DNA of 63,684 nucleotides, counting the filler, from Octopus bimaculoides (Eukaryota), in NCBI RefSeq assembly GCF_001194135.2. It is 9 parts of 9 records of this genome, joined end to end, with 100 filler letters (N's around TTAATTAATTAA, not from the genome) between each part and the next. Parts side by side here need not be neighbours in the genome. Positions count along the whole stretch, not along the records: positions 44,347 to 60,497 come from NC_068996.1; positions 60,598 to 62,580 come from NC_069008.1; 7 more parts are not named here. One strand, 5' to 3'. Below the pieces are notes generated by a model that saw nothing but the letters and a program-made list of their open reading frames with translations, had not been told where the DNA came from and ran no database searches. Shown one piece after another: positions 50,545 through 62,580 of this stretch (its first letter is position 1; each line of letters begins with the position of its first letter). The position numbers and the translations under genes are program-made.

Positions 50545-51230
50545 CATCATCATCGTTTAACGTCCGCTTTCCATGCTAGCATGGGTTGGATGATTTGACT
50601 GAGAACTGGCGAACCAGATGGCTGCACCAGGCTCCAATCTGATCTGGCAGAGTTTCTACAGCTAGATGCCCTTCCTAACACCAATCACTCTGAGAGTGTA
50701 GTAGGTGCTTTTACGTGCCACCTGCTCGGGAACCAGTCCAGCGACACTGGCAATGACCTCGCTCAAATGATTTTCTAACGTGCCACCAGCCCAAGTGAAA
50801 GTAAGGTGATGCTGGTAACAATTACACTCAAATGGTGCTATTTACGGGCCACTAGCACAGAAGCCAGACAGCTGCTCTGGCAATGAACATGCTCGGATAG
50901 TGCTGTTAGTGCTCTGCTGGCGCAGGTGCCAGTCATCGAATATGGTTCAATTACGATTTTGATTTCATAGTATCTTAATCCTCCAACTTATACTCCACTT
51001 AATTGAAGGAGCTCACCCTGCAGGTATTTGACAACTTCACCGGTGCCAGTATCATGCAAAAAGCACTTAGTTCATTGTCTATTGGCTGGAATTAAAGAAA
51101 GGTATCAAGCTGTAAAAACCATGCCACAACAAATTCAGAATCTTATAGAGCCCGCTGGCTCATCTGCTTTTGTCAAACCATCCAACCAATGCCAGCATGA
51201 AAAAAAGAATGGTAAATGATGAAGATGAAT
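50545..51230. mobile_element. RTE-related SINE family D copies (minus at about 50545-50940, plus at about 51010-51230)
   Basis: catcatcgtttaacgtccgctttccatgctagcatgggttgg, with the inverse end ccatccaaccaatgccagcatg at about 51180. Confidence 0.7.
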
Positions 51231-51632
51231 ATTAATGCCATTGTAGTGTTTGATATCCTGAGATCGGGCTGGTTACAGTGTGTGTACACTTAAGCATCTG
51301 AATTTACTGGGCCCAACTTAATCTAAATGTACATATATCTACATCCAAACATGCATCTGCTGCTCTGTCTTGACATCAGAATGTTAGTTGGGAGTGTCAC
51401 AGTCATACAAGCCATATCATTCATTTCCAGTATTCTCCAAAAACATGTATGGGGAAACATCACATAGCTCGGAAACAGGTGAGGATTGATTATAAGATGG
51501 GTATCTGACTGAAGAAAAATAATCTGCAGCAAATAGACTGTCTGATTCATGGCAAGCATGGAAAAGTGGACATGAAAACGATAACAATAATACAGTATAT
51601 ATATTTCACCATACACAAATAACTATCCTCTA

Positions 51633-51875
51633 CTAGGTGCAGGCATGGAGATGTGGCAAGAAACTTGCATCCCAACTACATGGTTCCACGTTCAGTCCTA
51701 CTGCATGGCACTTTGGATAAGTGTCTTCTACTATAATCCCAGGCTGACCAAAGCCTTGTGAATAGATTTGGTAGATGGTAACAATAGTAGACACTTGCCC
51801 AAGGTACTGTGCAGTGAAACTGAACTCAAGACCACAAATTTGGGAAGCAAGCTTCTTACCAAATAGCCATGCTGC
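51633..51875. mobile_element. Two SINE family A heads fused tail-to-tail
   Basis: Plus-strand head at about 51633-51780, immediately followed by a minus-strand head at about 51785-51875. Confidence 0.65.
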
Positions 51876-52267
51876 ATTTATTTTCAATATTGGTATTGGT
51901 TACAATCTCAGGTCATGTGATGCAAAGGTCAGTGCATTCCTATGCAGATGACAATATCATTCATTTCTCCCAAGCAGTTCACAAATACAAGCAATGTCCA
52001 AACACCTTGCACCAAACCTGCACTGAATCCATGAACAGAGTACCTCAAAAACATCGTCAAAAATGGCGAAAAGGGCATGGCAATGTTTTGTTTCCTTCTT
52101 CAACAATGGAATTACACAATTATTGCACATAGAAAGAAAAATGTTATCTTACACCACTAAATATGAACATCGATGAGAATAAGTCAAAAATATAGAATGA
52201 GAAAGGAAGAGAGAAAGAGAGAGTTGTACTAAGGTATATTAGTACAACTTTATTTATGCATACTTAC

Positions 52268-52368
52268 TTAGCCTCGAGGGCAAGAGCAAATACCCCAGCA
52301 GCTTCTGGGGCTGCAGCAGAGGTCCCTGAGTGAGTTGTAGTGCATTTGTCATACAGATCTGTAGTGGT
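52268..52368 (-). CDS. PCSK2: PC2 exon with the catalytic Ser ([34 protein letters not shown])
   Basis: Acceptor tctatttccag and donor AA|gtaagt. 101 nt, phase 0/2. Contains the [13 protein letters not shown] subtilase active-site motif. Absent from the ORF track. Confidence 0.97.
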
Positions 52369-52464
52369 CTGGAAATAGATAATTATTTACAGCTTGCATT
52401 GTGTGTTCAACTATGAATGTGTAAAGAATAATATACCAAATGTGGTATGTCTTTAAATAACATA

Positions 52465-53480
52465 TTGTTGGCACTCCGTCGCTTACGACGTCCAGTTGAT
52501 CTGATCAACGGAACAGCCTGCTCGTGAAATTAACGTGCAAGTGGCTGAGCACTCCACAGACACGTGTACCCTTAATGTAGTTCTCGGGGATATTCAGCGT
52601 GACACAGTGTGACAAGGCTGACCCTTTGAATTAAAGGTACAACAGAAACAGGAAGAAAGAGTGAGAGAAAGTTGTGGTGAAAGAGTACAGCAGGGTTCGC
52701 CACCATCCCCTGCCGGAGCCTTGTGGAGCTTCAGGTGTTTTCGTTCAATAAACACACACAACGCCTGGTCTGAGAATCGAAACCGCGATCCTATGACCGC
52801 GAGTCCGCTGCCCTAACCACTGGGCCATTGCGCCTCCTATCTTTAAATAACATATATTGTATCATTAAACAGATAATGGTTTCAAATTTTGCCACAAGGG
52901 AAACTTTTTTTTTTGCTGGGGTGGGGGTGGGAACGAGTCGATTACATCGTCCCCCACCCAACCCTGCGTTCAACTGGTACTTATTTTATCGATCCTGAAA
53001 AGATGAAAAGGCAAAGTTTACCTTGACGGAATTTGAACTCAGAACATAAAGACGGACAAAGTTCAGGTAAGCATTTTGTCCAGCGTGCTAACGGTTCTGC
53101 CACCTCACCACCTTATCATTAAACAAATGATACACCTTTATGTTACACATGGCATAACTTTAATGCATGAGTGGTATATATTTAGTCAACAAAAGTGATA
53201 TTTCCTCAGACTACAAATAGCGAAGGCATATATCTTAGTGGTAAGGGTATTTAGCTCATGACTGTAAGACCATGAGTTTAATTACCAATGGTGCATTGTG
53301 TCCTTGAGCAAGACACATTTATTTCATGTTGCTCCAGTTCACTCAGCTGCCAAAATTACCAGTAATTCAAAGAGCCGGCCTTGTCATATTCTGTATCATA
53401 TTGAATCACTCTGAGAGTTACATTTAGGGTATACCTGTCTGTGAAATGTTCGGCTACTTGCACATTAATTTCATGAATAT
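52465..53480. mobile_element. SINE cluster (young tRNA-SINE minus 52465-52835; family B minus 52870-53115; decayed family-C-like plus 53225-53480)
   Basis: tRNA-like heads and cores shared with other copies in the window. Confidence 0.7.
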
Positions 53481-53736
53481 CAACTAGAACCCACACTGTT
53501 ATAACTCATGGAGTAACAAACATAGTACAAGTGGTGTCTATTTAGTCTACAAGAAATATTGCTTTTCTCTATAAACTGTATGTCTTTACATTACAAGTGA
53601 TATAGTCTTAAACTACAAATCTTATATCAATACACTACATGTGCTACAAATTAAGATAACATATCTAGAATCATGTAGTATACCTTTAATCAACATGTGG
53701 CATTTCTATAGTCAATATGTATTTCTTTAGACAACA

Positions 53737-53771
<35 letters not shown>

Positions 53772-53774
<3 letters not shown>

Positions 53775-53935
53775 CGGACTTCTTTCAGTTTCCGTCTACC
53801 AAATCCACTCACAAGGCTTTGGTTGGCTTGAGGCTATAGTAGAAGACACTTGCTCAAAGTGCCACACAGTGGAACTGAACCTGGAACCATGTGATTGGTT
53901 AGCAAGCTACTTACCACACACCCACTCCTGCACCT
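53772..53935 (-). mobile_element. SINE family A, 5' half
   Basis: Reverse complement of about 3627-3790. Confidence 0.8.
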
Positions 53936-54002
53936 GATCTTAAAATTGTGAGTATAACACCCTAGCCATTAGGCTATGTGCCTTTATTATCATATAAGAC
54001 GT

Positions 54003-54112
<110 letters not shown>

Positions 54113-54269
54113 ATGCCTGAGATGTAGGCAAAACTACACAGTTTTATCTCAACATCCTGCCTTGTCTGGGAGTTAAAAACATGTCACAAAAATGTAGCAT
54201 ATAATAGTTGCTCGGTGTTTGACTATTTGGTTTGACTTCCTTATTCACAAAATAGAATTTCCACATTTT

Positions 54270-55090
54270 TTCGCATGAAAGAATGGTAAGATAGGTTCTT
54301 AATGCTGAGCCAACTTGCAAGAGACTGAAGGGTAGACCAACAATGAAATGATTAGATAATATCCTTAGCCTTAGAAAGAATCCAGATAGAAAGTATGACA
54401 GCTGCTTCTGATAGGACCCTGTGGAGGAGGAGGTGTTTGAAGACTTCACCATATACCTGGCAAGAAACCGAGGGGTAGACCAAGAATGGAATGGTTGAAT
54501 AATATCCATAGTCTTAGTTGGTCATTCTTGGGAATCCATTTAAATAGTATAATGACAATTGCTTCTGATAGGACCCTATGGAGGAGGAGGTACCTGAGGA
54601 CTTCACCATACACCTGGCAAGACGACCTAGGGGTAGACCAAGAATGGAATGGTTGAATAATATCCATAGTCTTAGTTGGTCATTCTTGGGAATCCATTTA
54701 AATAGTATAATGACAATTGCTTCTGATAGGACCCTATAGAGGAGGAGGTACCTGAGGACTTTATCCCTACACCTGGCAAGACGACCTAGGGGTAGACCAA
54801 GAATGGAATGGTTGGATAATATCCATAGTCTTAGTTGGTCATTCTTGGGAATCCATTTAGAAAGCATAATGACAGTTGCTTCTGATAGGACCCTATGGGG
54901 GTCAAGCGACTCCACCATACACCTGGCAAGAGGCCTAGGGGTAGACTAAGAATGATAGGACCCTATGAAGTAGTAGGTGTCTGAGAACTCTATCCCTATG
55001 TCCGGCAAGACGACCGAGGGGTAGACCAAGAATGGAATGGTTGGATAATATCCATAGTCTAAGTTGGTCACTTTTGGGAATCCAGCCAAA
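54270..55090 (+). repeat. Tandem array (about 158-bp unit, about 6 copies) derived from an RTE LINE 3' coding end
   Basis: The anchor gtagac falls at 54332, 54475, 54633, 54792, 54941 and 55021. The unit reads [40 protein letters not shown]. Confidence 0.8.
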
Positions 55091-55126
55091 AAGTATGTGT
55101 AAAAAGAAATACAATAATTTACTTAC

Positions 55127-55342
55127 AACGCCAGCGTCAAGTGTCATTCCTTTGCCATTGCTGAAAGTGGATGCCAGAGTGGAAGAACAAGATTCATCAT
55201 ATGCTGCAGTCTGGCCATCATTTGTGGCAGAATTAATGGAAATGGTCCACATACTGGCAGCATAACCATCACAGTTACAATCATCATTTGGGCCACCATC
55301 ACCGGAAGCCCATACATAGATACTACCCTTTCCATTACGACC
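55127..55342 (-). CDS. PCSK2: PC2 exon with the oxyanion Asp ([43 protein letters not shown]...[14 protein letters not shown]...DAGV)
   Basis: Acceptor ttttctttctag and donor GTT|gtaagt. 216 nt, phase 0/0. WASGDGG has Asp where other convertases have Asn, which is diagnostic of PC2. Confidence 0.97.
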
Positions 55343-55484
55343 CTAGAAAGAAAAAGAAAAAAAGAAATTAAAAATCAAATCATTTACACAAGCAATTAGC
55401 AGCCTAATTTCATTTGGAAAATTAAAATCAAATGAAGTGAATTACACAGGGAAACCATCTGAAACAGAAACAACAGTCAATGAT

Positions 55485-56407
55485 TGACCCCTTAGCATTC
55501 AGATTACTGTCAGATGTAAGTACTTATTCTTATTATTTTGAATTAATCATGGATTATCTTGTAGCTTTGAAATTTCTGTGATGTGACTATTTTTAGGATG
55601 ACATTGTAAGGTAAGTGTAAGAAGCCAGAAATGGTTGGTTTAACTCTTTAGCATTCAGATTACTTTGTCAGATGTAAGTACTTATTCTCATTGTTTCGAA
55701 TTAATTATGGATTATCTTGTAGCTTTGAGATTTCAATGATGTGATTGTTTAGTTTTAGAATAATATTGTAGGGTAGGTGTGAGAGACCCTATTTGGCTAG
55801 AGAATATCTGGGCTGGATACAGATGGTTTAACCCTTCACCATTGAGATTACTCTATCAAATATAATGCTTATTTATTCACATTTTTGTTTTGAATTAATC
55901 ATGCATTATCTCATAGCTTTGAAATTTCAATGTGAAGATTGTTTATTTAACAAAAGAGATTGTAGATGAGATGTGAGAGGTTGGATATGGCCAGTTTGAA
56001 CACAAAACATATAGAATATTTGGGCTAATATGATTGATTTAAATGCCAAATGGTTAAAATGCACATTAGATGTGCCATGAGACTGTTATTTCTGTATTAA
56101 CCAATTAAATTGATTATTTTTAGAATGACATTTTAGGATAGGTGTGAGAGGCTGGATGTGGCTAGCTTGAACCTAAGACAGGCAATATAATTGGACCAAA
56201 TATGACCAATTTAACCATTCAGCAGTCAGATTATTCTGTCAAATGCAATGATTATTTTTTCACTTTTTGCATTATTTCATGATGCGATTGTATATTTTTA
56301 GAATGATATTATAGGGTAGGTGTGAGAAGCTGGATCTGGCCAGTTTGAATATGAAACATAAAACATATACAAGCTGAATATGGCTGGTTTGAATGCTAAA
56401 ATGCTAA
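55485..56407. mobile_element. Head-to-tail array of about 5 TTAA MITE copies (family M1)
   Basis: Repeated unit ccct(t)tagcattcagattactctgtca...gggtaggtgtgagagg...aatgctaaa, with TTAA junctions at about 55640, 55828, 56054 and 56211. Confidence 0.8.
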
Positions 56408-56779
56408 TACAGAGAACATTCAACATATGGTTAGAAATAATTATGGGGTACAGAAAGAACACGATATAACATTAGCTCAACGACTGATAGTATTTTAAAA
56501 ATCCTAGCAAGCATGGAAGACAATTACAGACAAGTTTCAGTTTTCTTAGAGTGCTAAAGCTTCATCAAGGACAAGATTTGCCTATTTGGGTAGTAGGCCT
56601 TGGGTGATAGGCTACCCTACTTGAGTGCATAATGCAAAGATCCAGAGCAAATACCAAGAGTCTAATACTCTAGAAAATGTGATATCCAGCTACCCTTCTT
56701 TCTTAATGTATTTATTGATTCTGTAGGGACAAAAAAGAAAACTGACTTTAATGAAAGAATGATATGGTTAGAGAATATC

Positions 56780-57010
56780 TCAGCTGGTTATGTTTGGGAA
56801 TCCAGCTGGAAAGTGTAATGATGGTTGTTTCTCATAAGACTCTAAAAAGGTGTGTCTGAAGAATCTATTCCTACACCTGGCAAGAGACCTAGGCGTAGAC
56901 CAATAATGAGATGGTTGGATGATATCCATAGACTCAAGTTGACTGTGCTTGGGAATCCAGCCAAAACACTTAATGACTGCTACTTCTGATAATATGTTAC
57001 AGAGGGGGTG
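56780..57010 (+). repeat. Further diverged copies of the RTE-derived unit
   Basis: cacctggcaagagacctaggcgtagaccaataatgagatggttggatgatatccatag...gggaatccagcc matches the 54270-55090 unit. Confidence 0.75.
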
Positions 57011-57284
57011 TCTGAGGATTATCCTTATGACCCTCTCAGTAGACAGAGAAAATGGATAAATGAATGGACACATTCCACTTATTCAAGAGAGTATTTTCAG
57101 AGCTTTTTTTAAAGATACCCTGGATAAGGTAAATGACTGAACTTTATTTTTCTATCTTCAATAACACATTACACACACACACACACACATATGGACAAGG
57201 ACTACTGTGTGCAAATGGATGAGGACAGCTATATGTAAATGGATAAGGACAGCTGTGTAAAGAAGTATTAATCTCTAAATGTAG

Positions 57285-57720
57285 AGGGTACCTGTGGAAG
57301 GGGTGGACACAGAAAGACATGGGATGAAAGGGTAAGAAAGGATCTTCAGATGCTAGGCCTCACTGAGTAAATGACAAGGGACCAGGAGATGTGGCGATTT
57401 GCTGTATTTGATAAGATGCATCAAATTAAGTAAAACCTCTGTCTTCCATACATACAGGTTTGTCCTTTCAGGTGCCAGTGCCACATTAAAGGCACCTGTG
57501 CCAGTGCTGTATAGCCGCATCTATGTTGGTGGCACATAAAAAGCACCCAGCACATTCTGTTAAGTGGTTGGTGTTAGGAAGAGCATCCAGCTGTAGAAAC
57601 CATACCACAACAGACAATTGGAGTCTGGACAGCTCCCCGGCTGGCCAGCTCCATGTCATACCATCCAACCCATGCCAGCATAGAAAGCAGACATTAAACG
57701 ATGACGACGATGATGATATA
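57285..57720 (+). mobile_element. RTE LINE 3' end with UTR
   Basis: GTCGRGGHRKTWD..VRKDLQMLGL..MTRDQEMWRFAV, then a UTR ending ccatccaacccatgccagcat...(gat)n. Confidence 0.75.
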
Positions 57721-57958
57721 GTTAGAGTTGACGCTGCATAAGAAACAAGCTTTACATTCTATAAAGTGGTTGGCATCAGGAAGCTGTAGAACCCATGCCA
57801 AAACAGACAATAGAGCATGTTAGCATGTTAGCATGGAAAACAACATGAAATGAAGAGGATGATAATGATCTATATATGTGTGTGTGTGTGTGTCTGTGTG
57901 TGTGTGTGTGTGTGTGCGTGCGTGCGTGTGCGTGTATGTGTGTGTGTGTGTATCTTAC

Positions 57959-58134
57959 CTTGTTAACTCCTTCTACAATTGCTCTCATTGTTAGATTTCG
58001 TGGACCATCTACAGTCATACCATCATCAGTGGGACCCCAACTAGCACTGTAGATGTCAATTTCGTTTGGCTTATACCCCATGGCATTTGCTTCAATCATG
58101 TCAGTCATGTAAGGTTGATCTAACATACGCAAAC
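57959..58134 (-). CDS. PCSK2: PC2 exon, catalytic domain (G-LRMLDQPYMTDMIEANAMGYKPNEIDIYSASWGPTDDGMTVDGPRNLTMRAIVEGVNK)
   Basis: Acceptor tttcttcttgtttcag and donor AAG|gtaaga. 176 nt, phase 1/0. Has the RMLDQP and IDIYSASWGPTD motifs. Confidence 0.97.
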
Positions 58135-58984
58135 CTGAAACAAGAAGAAAAAAAAAAGAAAAAATCACAGATATTAAAATTTAGAAAGAAATTCCGTACT
58201 AGTTGTTATAATTTAGTTTTAGTAAAGAATAAAATATTTTGAATGACACAACAATACACTATAATACAAACAATGAACTATAATAACTGTTGTAATTTAA
58301 TCATCCATCATTTGATATATTTTGGAATAAAATTCCTTCTTCAGATATTACTAGGAATTGATGGAGTTTCTGCTATAATCGGTTTGCCAATGGCTTTTCT
58401 TTGTTTTTTCAGAAGCATCTCAGCAGTGGTTTCAGTGTTTAAGAAAAAAAAAAATGGGTACAGAATTAGCAAGTTCCTATATGATGGAATCATAAAAGAT
58501 GTGTTTATTTCAATATTTGTCTTCATAATTTAACAATATGGAGATGAACTGGCAAAACTGTTAACACGCCAGGCAAAATGCTTAGCAGCTAATGTGATGC
58601 TTCAAGCAAATCATGTGACAAATAAATGCTCTCTTTTTTGGTAAATGGCACCCAATGCTTTGTGAACACATGATGCCAGGTATGCTGGGTGTGATTTGGA
58701 AGGAGGAAAAAAATGGTTAATATTGTTAAATGCTATCCTATTCAAACAATGTTATCATAGAGGAAAAACGAATCTAGAGAACCAACATTTCATCTTATGA
58801 TTATTCGTGTTACTGTTGTTGTTGTTGATGATTATTATTATTATTATTATTGTAATGGTTATAAAAAGAGATGAATTTAACTTGTTATACTGAATTTTAT
58901 GTAATGGCAGTTAATTCTGCAAGAGAAAAAGCAACTGAACAAAGGACAGAATGCAGTCAAGAGGCTGCAGCAAAGAATACGCAT

Positions 58985-59024
<40 letters not shown>

Positions 59025-59424
59025 CAGCAGTAGCAGCAGCAATAATAACAACAACTAGAAATTGTTGCATGATAAAATTTTCAATTCTGTTCATATTTCT
59101 TTCCATAACTAAAGAAAATAAATTCTCTTTTCTTTTTGTTTTTTTTTGGTTTTGCATTTTTGCAATTTCAAATGAAATATCAAAATACATTTTGAATAGA
59201 AATGAGTGAAGGAGAGTAACAAAATGTTTTTTTTTTTTTTCTTATTTATCACATTCTCCTTATTTTCCGAAAATTAATTTCAAGAGGAATGGAATTTATA
59301 TATGATAAAATTAATAGAAATTATATCAAAAGTTAATATCAATGCAGCCTTTTTATGAAAACGCATTTGGTTAAATTCGTACAGTATTAAAGATGAGATA
59401 CAAAAATAAACAAATAAATAAATA

Positions 59425-59545
59425 AAGGAAAGAAAGGAAGGAAGGAAGGAAGGAAGGAAGGAAGGAGGCAAGGAAGGAAGGAAGGAAGAGAGAAACAAAT
59501 AAAGAAACAAAGAAAGAAGGAAGGAAAGAAAGAAAGAAAGAAAGA
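59425..59545. repeat. (GGAA)n/(GAAA)n microsatellite
   Basis: Visible directly in the sequence. Confidence 0.95.
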
Positions 59546-59681
59546 TCCTCATTCACAATATAGTAATTACATTGAATAAGAATGAGTTCAAATCCTGCAG
59601 ATGTATCTACATTACTAACACTTGTTTACTTTTTAATATGAGATGTTGCCTTAAAATATATAATAGAGAAACAATTCTTAA

Positions 59682-59902
59682 CCCTTTTGATACCAACCTG
59701 GCTGAAACCACCTCTGGCTCTGTAGGATAAATGTCTTGTTTTCAAAAGTTCTGAATTAAAATCTTCCACCAAACCTTAGTCACAATTTATGTTCCTAACA
59801 CTAGCTGAATGATAACTAAGTTATTTTACTAAATTCTTTGTTATATTTAAAGTAATTGAAAGAAACACAGAGCATCTCAACAGAAATACGGTAATGAAAG
59901 AG
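59682..59902. mobile_element. TTAA MITE, family M2 (third copy)
   Basis: Matches 49994-50214 and is TTAA-bounded. Confidence 0.85.
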
Positions 59903-59904
59903 TT

Positions 59905-60120
59905 AAGGTGGTGAGCTGGCAGAATGATTAGCACACTAGCTGAAATGCTTGGTGGCATCTTGTCTGTCTTTATGTTCCATGTTCAAATTCTGATCATGTT
60001 GACTTTGCCTTTCATCCTTTTGGTGTTGATGAAGTACCAGCTAAGCAGGAAGCACCGATGTAATCGACATATCCCATCCACTGAAATTGATGGCTCTGTG
60101 CCAAAATTGGAAACCACCAT
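59905..60120 (+). mobile_element. SINE family B
   Basis: Head ggtggtgagctggcagaat and core match the 7878 copy. Confidence 0.7.
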
Positions 60121-60229
60121 GTAAATATGCCATTTTATAAATACATACCTATGTACATACTGGTGTATTTGAATATACACTTGTAGAGTGTATGTGAATT
60201 CTTTTATACAGAACTAGAGGAGAAGTTTC

Positions 60230-60497
60230 AGGTGTGGAAGCAAGGTCTAGAATTGAAGGGCCTTAGAGTCAACCTAGCTAAAACCAAAATCCTAATAAGT
60301 AGGAAGGTAGATAAAACACAAACCCCTTCAGGTAGATGGCCCTGCTCAGTATGTAGAAAAGGAGTAGGTAGTAACTCTATAAGATGTACCCGGTGCAAGC
60401 TATGGACACATAAGAGGTGCAGCAACATCAAAGGCAGGTTAACTAGCAAGTTAGTTTTTGTTTGTGGCAGATGTTCAGGTGCAATAAAGACTGCAAA
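60230..60497 (+). mobile_element. RTE-clade LINE internal fragment (post-RT region with Cys-rich finger)
   Basis: WKQGLELKGLRVNLAKTKIL...WPCSVCRKGVGSNSIRCTRCKLWTHKRCS...CGRC. Confidence 0.8.
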
Positions 60498-60599
60498 NNN
60501 NNNNNNNNNNNNNNNNNNNNNNNNNNNNNNNNNNNNNNNNNTTAATTAATTAANNNNNNNNNNNNNNNNNNNNNNNNNNNNNNNNNNNNNNNNNNNNCC

Positions 60600-61370
60600 C
60601 AGTTCTTGGATCTTTCTAATTTGACGGCAACACTTTTCATTTATGTTTTATGTAGTGTTTTTGGTACCGAAACACTTTCAAACTTCGTATACTTGTATAT
60701 TTTGTGTTATAGAACAGATAAAAAATTTTGTATTCGAAGTTATTTCATGTAAAAAAATTGTCGCATAAATGAAAACTGGTGCCCCCGTTTTGAACTAGAT
60801 CCTGTAAACAACATGTGCTAGCGGTGTCATGGGATCTTTTTCCTTGAATAAAATTAGTGTCATGGTTTGTCAACAACAACTTTCCGTGGTACTGTTATTT
60901 ATGACATCTTTCGTGCATTTGTACTGGTTTTAGCTTTAGGGTTTTAGGGTTCGGGTTTTAGAGTTAGGGTTACGGTTAGGGTTATGATTATTTTTGCCAT
61001 AACCTCACTCATAACCCCAACCCTAACCCTAAAACCCTAACCCTAACTCTAAAGCCCGAACCCTAACCCTAAAACCCTAAACCAGGGAATAATGATATAA
61101 TTAAACAGGGAATAACGCTCTTGACACCGGCAAAAATTATTGTTTACAAAAACAGCAGTAACTGTATTCAGCTGAATAGACGTCAATGATTGGTTGAAAT
61201 TACAGAAATACGACAACTTTAACATGAAATAACTTATTAAGAATATATTTTTGTTAAGAAGTCTAAGAGAAAAAGATGTTTTATATGACACATTCTACCA
61301 GTATCCCAAGTTTGAAAGTGTTTCGTTAAGAAAACAAGTGGTGCCCGTCAAATCAGAAGGATCCCAGAGC
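60600..61370. mobile_element. Fold-back/MITE-like element with about 160-bp imperfect TIRs and internal inverted telomere-like repeats
   Basis: 60600-60765 is an imperfect reverse complement of about 61210-61368. TTAGGG-like repeats at about 60935-60985 face CCCTAA-like repeats at about 61010-61085. Confidence 0.7.
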
Positions 61371-62029
61371 TTTTCTTCTAAAACATTTAACACAGTTCTT
61401 TTTTTTTTTTCTTTTCAAACATTTAACAACACAGTTCTTTTCCCTTTCTTTTCCTTTTCTTTTAAAAACAAATTAACAACTCAAAGTTCTTTTCCTCTTT
61501 CTTTCCTTTTCACTTAGCAGTTCGCTACCATTGTCTGTCTCTCGCTCTGTCTGTCCCTCTCTATTTCTGTCACTCTCTCTGACTGCGTTCCTTCAACTCA
61601 GTGCTACGTGCATATATGAGACCATCCAGCCAGAAAGAGATGCACACCACAATTACAGTGCATGTTTTCCTTCCAAAACTGGGTTGTTCTGTTTTTTTTT
61701 TTTTTTAAAGTCTCTGTGCCTACGATCATAAAGAACCGTGCTCCCTGACAAGACAGTGGAAATATGATGTATGTATTGCAAGAAACAGCTAGGTTTCTTT
61801 CTCTAACATTATAAATTGCTCACCCTACACAAGTTAATGCATGGAAAACAAATTAGGAATTTTGAAAGAAGTTTCTATAAAACTAGATTTTAAACATTGA
61901 ATGGTTATGGGGGGGGGGTCAAACAGAATAAAATAACAATCAAAGGGGTGCATAGATAGAAAATGGCTGAGAAAGCCCACTCTAAAGGTACCTAATTAAA
62001 TGGCTAGACTCATTTCATCTCTGCTGCTT

Positions 62030-62290
62030 TCAACTTTGCAACATCAAGTGGCAGGACAAAGTCCACAACACAGGGGTTCTTGCAAGATGTGATATTCAAG
62101 GTGCAGAGAATTTCTGTGTCAAAGCACAACTGAGCTTGGTCATGTGGTATGCATGCAAGATACTTACCTAAATCTCTCTTCTATGATCAGCTTAATTTTG
62201 GTGCCAGACACCAAGGTTGCCTGCTGTTCCATTGCAAGATAAACCTGAAGACATGGGAATTGGTAACACTGAGTAGAGCAGAGTGGAGGA
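62030..62290 (+). mobile_element. RTE LINE 3' coding fragment, degenerate
   Basis: KWQDKVHNTGVLARCDI...VKAQL.....M...YLPKSLFYDQL..GARHQG...W...SRAEWR, matching the recalled BovB/RTE-like C-terminus. Confidence 0.7.
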
Positions 62291-62537
62291 GATATTACCA
62301 CCACCATGTGTCTGACTTGTATATATATAGATTTATGTTTATATGTGTTTATATATATGTATGTATACATATGCATAAATATGTATGCATGCATATATGT
62401 GTACACATATGTATGTACATGTATATATATTGATGTATATGTAATATGTACACATGTATATACACATACATATAGTTTTGTATATATACACATATACATA
62501 CATAGATACATATATATATATATATATATATTAACAT

Positions 62538-62580
<43 letters not shown>

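Noticed and set aside
54144-54918. Minus-strand ORFs of 73-134 aa with internal repeats
   Set aside because: Antisense readings of the RTE-derived tandem array.
54270-56407. Regularly spaced repeats superficially like a CRISPR array
   Set aside because: Units are 150-220 bp with no unique spacers, there are no cas genes, and the context is a eukaryotic intron.
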